A program made the translations under genes and the position numbers. A stretch of DNA of 64,000 nucleotides from the human T2T-CHM13v2.0 reference genome, Homo sapiens: the NCBI RefSeq assembly GCF_009914755.1, contig NC_060933.1. One strand, written 5' to 3'. The notes under the pieces were generated by a model that was given only the letters and a program-made list of their open reading frames with translations, was not told the DNA's origin and did no database searches. Below, piece after piece: positions 57,064-64,000 of this stretch; the first letter of the stretch is position 1, and the number at the start of each line of letters is the position of its first letter.

Positions 57064-60000
57064 GTCATAAAACTGCAGGAGAAACAAATTTCCATCTTGG
57101 AACTTTGCATGCCGATGGATGTTGGGGAGAGCAAATGCGGGTGCTTTTTGCCGGTGTTATCTGGTTGCCAAGCTCTGTGCCAAGCAGAAATGATTCCATT
57201 TTGTCAATTTGTACTCATTTTGAAGCCAAAGAATGGAAGTGAAAGAGGACCTGAAAATATGAGGAAGCACCGGGCCAAAGTCTCTCCTCAGATGCCTGGG
57301 CTCTGATACTGGGAGCAGTGGTCCAAGGGAGAGGAGGCCAAATATATGCCATTAGATAGATGGAGAACAAATTAAACAGCTCTTAGGGACTGGAGTGCTT
57401 TGGCCTTCTGAAATGTCATGGTCCTTTTCCTGATATGTTTGTGGGATGCCTGTCCTGTCTTGAGCAGCCCTGCCTCTTTTTTGCCATGAATAGCCTGTCT
57501 CAAGGTGAGAACATATCAGGCTAGAACCAGCATTGTTAGACTGAAGCTCTTTGGGCCCTGCTGAGAACTGGGACGTGGTTGAGATGAAAGAGTTCATTCT
57601 CAAATATCCATTGCTTGCCCTTGGAAGCAAAAACGGAGTGTTTCTTTTATTTTTTTATTTTATTTTATTTTTATTTTTATGCCTGAGCAGCAGACTTCCT
57701 TTGTCTTTATGCATTTTTATTTTTTTTTCTTCTCCTGGCCACATTCCTATCTCATGGGTCATTTACACGTTTCAGGTATCATGAGTCATCCTTTGAAGAA
57801 TCACATGGCCTGAAATTTTCAGGTCTCACCCTACAGCTAATAATGAGGTTGTTTTGCCTTCACCCTTTATTTTTGTGTTGTCTATTTTGTTTCCTGTTTT
57901 GTAATATTACATTAATGGCATTGGTTTGAAAGTTCCCTAAGGATACATTCTATAGCTCCGTTCCTGCTAACTGAGCTGTTTTTGACAGATATCTTAATAA
58001 CGTACTAGCTCATTGCCAAGCTGCTAGGGGTAAGAGCTGAAATCATTTCTTCTTTTTTTAAAAATGAAATATATCCCAGGGAAAGTGTCTCTAGAATTCC
58101 TCTGATTTTATTTTATAAACTGAATTTGTCATGAACTCCCCAATGAGCAAGTCTGTTTCCCAATTTTGATGCTGTTGTATCCTAAGAGTTAGGCAGTAGG
58201 GAAGACGGTAAAAACTGGTCTCTTTCTGGCTTTTGCAATGGTGATATTTTATCTATAGCTTTCACATGCAGTCATTTTCATGTTCTTATGTTTCTCATCT
58301 AATTTAGAACATGTTCTGTGATCATTTTAAATTGAATGTATACAGGATAAGATATATATAGCTAATGTTGATCATAAACATTGATTGTGGGCGCATAATA
58401 TACCCTATATTGTAGTATCTCTTTATGTTCGTTATCTCATTTAATTGCAAAAACAAGCCAATGATGTGTTTTATTTTCAAAACATTCCTATTTTGGGGAG
58501 GAGCTCTTGGATTTTTAAGAAATATTTTAAGCAGAGTTGTAAACAGGATTATGTTGACTATTGAGTGGATTGATTCCCTTTCTTGCAGCGAGCAAGTTTG
58601 GTTCTGGTTTCTAAAGATGGTATCTTACAGGATACCGAGTCATGGTCAGAGATGTAATACTTGGTAATTGTTTAAGTACAATGTTAATTGTTAAGTAAAA
58701 TGTAGAAATTGGCAAACACCTGAGAAAATAAAAATTATATTTGGGATGCCTAGAAAAATTAATTCGCCGGAAATTCACAAGGTATTGGTGAAATGATCAA
58801 CTTTGATGTTTCGTAGAGCTATGATGCAGGATCTTTCTTGAATGATGTCGTCCATGTGCCCTCCTAAAGTTAAAGTGAAGACTGTGCATTAGCATTTGGT
58901 GATTCATCATACTTCCTGCAAATCCCTCTTTGTCCATGATATCCTTCTCCTCTCAAAGTTTCCTCATGGTTTTATTTCTCCGGCGTTTGCTCCATGAATG
59001 GGATTCCCCTCACGCTCTTCTGCCCATGAAGTCATCTTTGATTCATGACCTGAGAAATGTCAGCGAATTAGATAAACTCAAGAGTTTTAAATGGAAAAGG
59101 AAACTGTAGGCTAATGTCTTGATAAATCATACAGATAAATAATAGGTTGGTTTTGGGTAGAGAAATAAAAATACCTCAGGAGGGGACGTTCCTATTATGC
59201 ATAGAAGGAAACATCTAAAAAACTTGTTTAAGATACTGTAATTGAATTGTCTGTCAGTGGGGAGATGATCTTGAGATTTCAACACCAAGCAGTAAACACA
59301 AAATGGTAGGTATCAAGAGATTGATGGGATGGGTTGCGTTGTAGATGCCATACCAATATAGTAGAAGCTATCTAGCAGAAGGCAGATTTACATTTACTAG
59401 TAAGCCATAAGTTCCAGGAGTGGCTCTCAAGTTCCAGGAGTGGCTCTCATTATGGAGTAACTGAATGAACATAAAAGTAGAAAGGAATGGAAGTGGTATT
59501 TCTGCAGGACATACTACAGGCTCTTTGGCCAGTCATTCCAGATTTAATCACAGAACTATCAAAGAGACTGGGTATAATAGTGATGGGGTAGTGCTATGAT
59601 TGGGATACTGTTTGGAAGTCTCACTCAGCTGAAAATAGAACTTTCAATCATTTTTATTCACTTTACTCAGTAAAGTGATCTTTCTGAAGAACTAACAGTG
59701 GGATCACTACTCTCAATCTAATCCTGATCAAATGAGAGGAACAGTTTGGAAAACAATTTACTACATTCCTTCCTGTTGTGTGCCAAAAATTGTGTGTGAT
59801 TTGAAACACTAGAAACATGCAAATATATTTCTAGAGACACAGTCAGAGAATCCTAGATTTAGGAAAGGTAGATATTAGAAATTAGAACCAAATCATGAGC
59901 AAGGTGAAGCTCTTAAAATTGCATTTAAATGTTAATTGCATTTAAAATGTTAAAATCTTAACATTGCATGGGGGAATTTCACAACTAATAATGTTTGTTG

Positions 60001-61346
60001 TGGTCAATTCAACTATGAGTAAAAGTAAAATAACATTTTGATATAAATTATGTATTTTAGGAAAGCAGAATTCTAAGATAACTTGTTACAGACTAACACT
60101 AAGTGGCTGTGAAACATTTTGATTTCTAGTATTTGATTAACTTTGTCTCCCCAAATAAGCTAAAGCTGGTGCCCCAGCCATTACTGAGCTGCTACTTCTT
60201 TGAGTTCATCTGAGGAGTAAATGAGGCAACAGAAGGCTTTCCTCCCACTTCTGAGACAGCCGTCCTGGAGGATGGTGGGTTCTGGCCTACTGTATTGCAC
60301 AGGATTGGGGCAGGAAAGGGAACACTGAAAGAGTTGCGAGACCTGGTCTTGGGCAGGGCTGTATTCAGATTTCTTATCCATCATGTTTAGAGAATGGGTT
60401 GATGTCCACAGTGATTTCTCTAACTAGTTTCAAACTGAACTATCAACTCTTTAAAGGAAGAACATGCTCATCCTCATATTGTAAAAAAAATATTTGGATC
60501 TGGAACCAGAGCTGGGGAAACAGGATGACAAGGATCAATGCTACATCGTTCACTGTCCTAGTGTAGTCATCAATATATTGGTCCCTCATCTCTTTTGATA
60601 AGAACCTGATATTAAGTGGGCTCAAGTTGGTTGATTCATATGGGTTAAATGGACTGTTTTAAATTACGCATAAACTATACAAGCCATAAAATTGCAAGAG
60701 TGAGGGAAAGGGTGACTTGGTGATGGAAAGAATGCTGGCCAAGAAGAGTAGCAGGAATCTGTGAGAGTAATTTCAAGAGATAAAAGCCTGGAATTAGTTG
60801 AGACTGGCAGAAAGACAGGTTCATAACAGAAAATGTTTAAAATTTTGATGTCTATTTGATGAATAGACTGCAAAGACAGAAGAAATGGTCTCTGGGTAGA
60901 GAAGTTGGGGAACTGGAGGATAGTGGCTAGAGGGAGACTTGCTTTGTAACGTAGACTCTTTAGTACTTTTTGAAATTTTTTTATCGTATGCCCTTGCTAG
61001 CTTTTCAAATAATTGAATGATGGAGGAAGATTAAAACAAAATAGGCATGTGGTAGATACAACTCAGTGCTGTCCAATCTCCACTTCTTATGTGAAGATAA
61101 GATCTTGGCAGTGATATGTGAGCAGGAGGGAGTTGTATTTCCAGGGGCCTTTCTTCAAGGGAGGGAGTATGCCCCCGCTCCACCTCTTCCCCTTCCTACT
61201 GGCTGCAATGTGGGTTGTTTGAGCTTTCTTGTGTAAATATTTGAGGAATGGCAGAGCAGAAGACACAAGGAAACTGGGCTGCTCGTTTTTTTTTGGTAGG
61301 GAACAGCCAAAATACTTGGAACTTATACACTTATCCTTAGTACTAT

Positions 61347-61785
61347 TGTATTAGTCAGGGTTCTCTAGAGGGAAGAACTAATAGGATATATATGTATATG
61401 TGTATGTAAAGGGGAGTTTATTAAATATCAACCCTGCACGATCACAAGCCCCTACAATAGGCTGTCTGCAAGCTGAGAGCAAGGAGAGCCAGTCTGAGTC
61501 CTAAAACTGAAGAACTTGGAGTCTGATGTTTGAGGGCAGGAAGTCGGAGTCTGATGTTAAAGGCTAGGCCAGTCTAGTCTTTTCATGTTTTTCTGCTTAC
61601 TTTAAATTCTAGCTGTGCTGGCAGCTGATTAGATGGTGCCCACCCAGATTAAGGGTGCATCTGCCTTTCCCAGCCCACTGACTCAAATGTTAATCTCCTT
61701 TGACAACACCCTCACAGACACACCCAGGATCAATACGTTGCATCATTCAATCCAATCAAGTTGACACTCAGTATTAACCATCACA
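61347..61785 (-). mobile_element. MLT2A1-type (HERV-L) solo LTR
   Basis: Minus strand begins TGTGATGGTTAATACTGAGTGTCAACTTGATTGGATTGAA; 5-bp TSD ACTAT / ACTGT. Confidence 0.93.
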
Positions 61786-61939
61786 ACTGTGAAGCATTCC
61801 AGTATAGTTCAGGGCAATAAAGAAAACAATTGAGTATCTACTAAGTGACAGGAATCATGCTGATAAAGTGGAATAGATGAGACCATCATCGCTTGACCAA
61901 TGAGCACGTTGTGAGCAGCTATTCATAGCATCATAAATT

Positions 61940-62260
61940 TAATACCTATAACTCCTGAGTTTATATCTTTAGCCTTGATCACTGAACTCCACATTCATGT
62001 ATCCAACCACCTCCTTGACATCTTTACTTAAGTCTAACAAGCATCTCAAAGCTAATCATAGATAAAACAGAACTCTTGATTTTCCCATTTTTCTCCCCTC
62101 AGGCTTTCCTATCCCCCCTGAAACCATCAACTTTTCCCTATTGCTATTGCCACCACAGTTAGATGGTTTCTAGAGGTTGAGCCAACAGGACTTGCTGATG
62201 GTGGGGATGGGAATACAAGAGAAAAGAGAAATCAAGAATGAGAACTCGCCTTTGTGCTTG
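61940..62260. mobile_element. L2 fragments
   Basis: CTGAACTCCACATTCATGTATCCAACCACCTCCTTGACATCT...GCATCTCAAA...AAAACAGAACTCTTGAT. Confidence 0.7.
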
Positions 62261-64000
62261 GCCTAATGTGGCATTTTTTCCTGCTTCAATCAAGTAATAT
62301 CCGTAGTTAAAAATACCATTCAATATTAGTTTTGTAATCCAAGTGTTAACAATCTTGGAAATCACAAATAGTTTAAGACTTGAGGATATAATTTTTTTTT
62401 TCTTTTTATGAACACCTGGTCAAATCATATATTAATTCCTAGAAAGATTCTGGGTACCAACACTTACTGATTTTTCTTACTGTGGGCAATATCCGTAAAA
62501 ACAGACTAATCACGTACTCCTGACTTCTCTTTCCCCATCTTATTTTCAGATCTTTATTCCTTTTCACAGTTGCTTTAGAAATCCAAGTAATTGAAGAGCA
62601 TCACAAGATTTGGAAGGGACGAGAGTCTGGTCGTGACTATACTATTGGTCCCGAGGGAAAGATCATTGCTCTTAGTTGCCTTAATTTTGTTTCTATTATA
62701 GGGCCTTTTCTCAAAGCTTTGCAGACAAAATTCCAGCTGAGGTTTTTCCTTCAAGGCAGCATTGTATAAACTCCCATTGACTGGTCTGAGAAACGTTTTT
62801 TTAAATGTATAACCAGGGAAGACATGACGGCACCTTCAAATTATCTAGTAGTGAATGTGAGGATGAAAGTTAACTGAATTCTGTAAAGTTTTATAATAGC
62901 AATTTAGCTTTCATGTTAAATTAATGTCAGACAGATTAGACTATGTTTAGTTCATTTGTTTATATGTTAATTACATCTATTTTACTATGTATAGTACATA
63001 CCTTTTATATCATGTATAATGCATTTTAATTTATTCAGTTTGTTGCAATTGAGTTCTCTATGGATTTCATTACTTACTTAAAAGAAAGCATCATAAAAAT
63101 ATGAAATCTTTGTTCCTACTGATTTTTAAAACAGATTTATGTCCTTCAAATAATAGCCCCAGAAGTTAAAATGTTAATATTTTACTGTATTCTTTAAAAA
63201 CTACTTAAACAGTGAATCTTTTAAGTCTTCTATTGTTCTATTTTCCATTATGTCTTATTACTGTTCAGTAGTGACCAGCATGTGCATCAAATAGCTGCTT
63301 AATTCTTCAGAGGGATTAAATATTAATATTGGAAGAGCTTGAAAGATCATCTCATAGATGAGAAAATTGAGGCTGAAGAGAGTTCTTCTCTATATCCCAA
63401 TGGTTTTTTTCATACTGCTCTCAATTCTTAAAGACAGTGACATATTCAAAATCACCTACCTCAGAAGTAATGGACATAATCTAAAACTGGTTGAGTTTGC
63501 AAGCATATTAATTCAAACTCCAAATTCCCATGAAATGAGTATTTACCTGGAATGGATATAAAAATTTAGTAAGAAATTACCTAAAGGGCCATGATGCAGT
63601 GGTTAGAAAGGGTGTCCAGCTAAATTTTGGGATATAACCTATGGCATCCTTGGTCAACCCCCTTTCTGTGGTAACTAAAATTACTGTACATCTTCTGTGC
63701 TTTGCTGTTCAGTTCCAGTAGTGGGGCCTTCACAAAGGAGGCATGGTCAGAAAATTGTTTAAATACAAAATACAGGGAAGGCATCAGAGAGGAAAGGTAG
63801 TTTCAATAATATGATTCAGAAAGGATGACAGATTTTATGACTTCTGAGCTTTGGGGGAGATTTTTTCTTATTGTTCTCTGCCCTCACTATTCTCTTCAAA
63901 TTAAAAAGGCAACAGCAGCCTGCAAAGAGACTTAAAACAGTGTAAGTCAGAGAGTGGCGGCAGACATGCCCCCCAGTCAGGAGATGCATCTCCTTAGAAA

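Noticed and set aside
58775-58866. Minus-strand acceptor followed by a short ORF (MDDIIQERSCII...)
   Set aside because: 26 codons, no recognisable homology and no matching donor.

Overview
Primate (very likely human) AT-rich, repeat-dense non-coding DNA, either a large intron or an intergenic region. I could not identify the locus and found no credible host protein-coding exon. It contains 14 Alu copies (most with readable target-site duplications, TSDs) and a ~16 kb LINE cluster at ~34.9-50.7 kb: old L1M, an ERV-L dUTPase remnant, L1PA7-like, HAL1, a 5'-inverted L1PA3-like, L1MA and L1PA16-like elements. There are also several MaLR/ERVL solo LTRs (MLT1 family, MLT2A1, LTR33) and DNA-transposon MITEs (MER20, MER53, MER58A, Tigger2a, MER82/MER6C-like). 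The long ORFs in the track are L1 ORF2 pieces or Alu/L1 antisense artefacts. I cannot support a wholly new biological system. The best leads are: (1) a ~140 nt orphan retroposed sequence with its own TSD inside an old L1; (2) an ~80 nt hairpin, probably MER135-like, carrying CDX/HOX and octamer motifs in unique DNA; (3) a twin-priming L1 inversion whose junction creates a new ATG in frame with 581 aa of ORF2; (4) signals of a possible minus-strand non-coding transcript, including a 106-nt exon flanked by inverted Alus; (5) several templated-insertion repair scars. Repeat subfamily names come from recalled consensus sequences, not from a database search.
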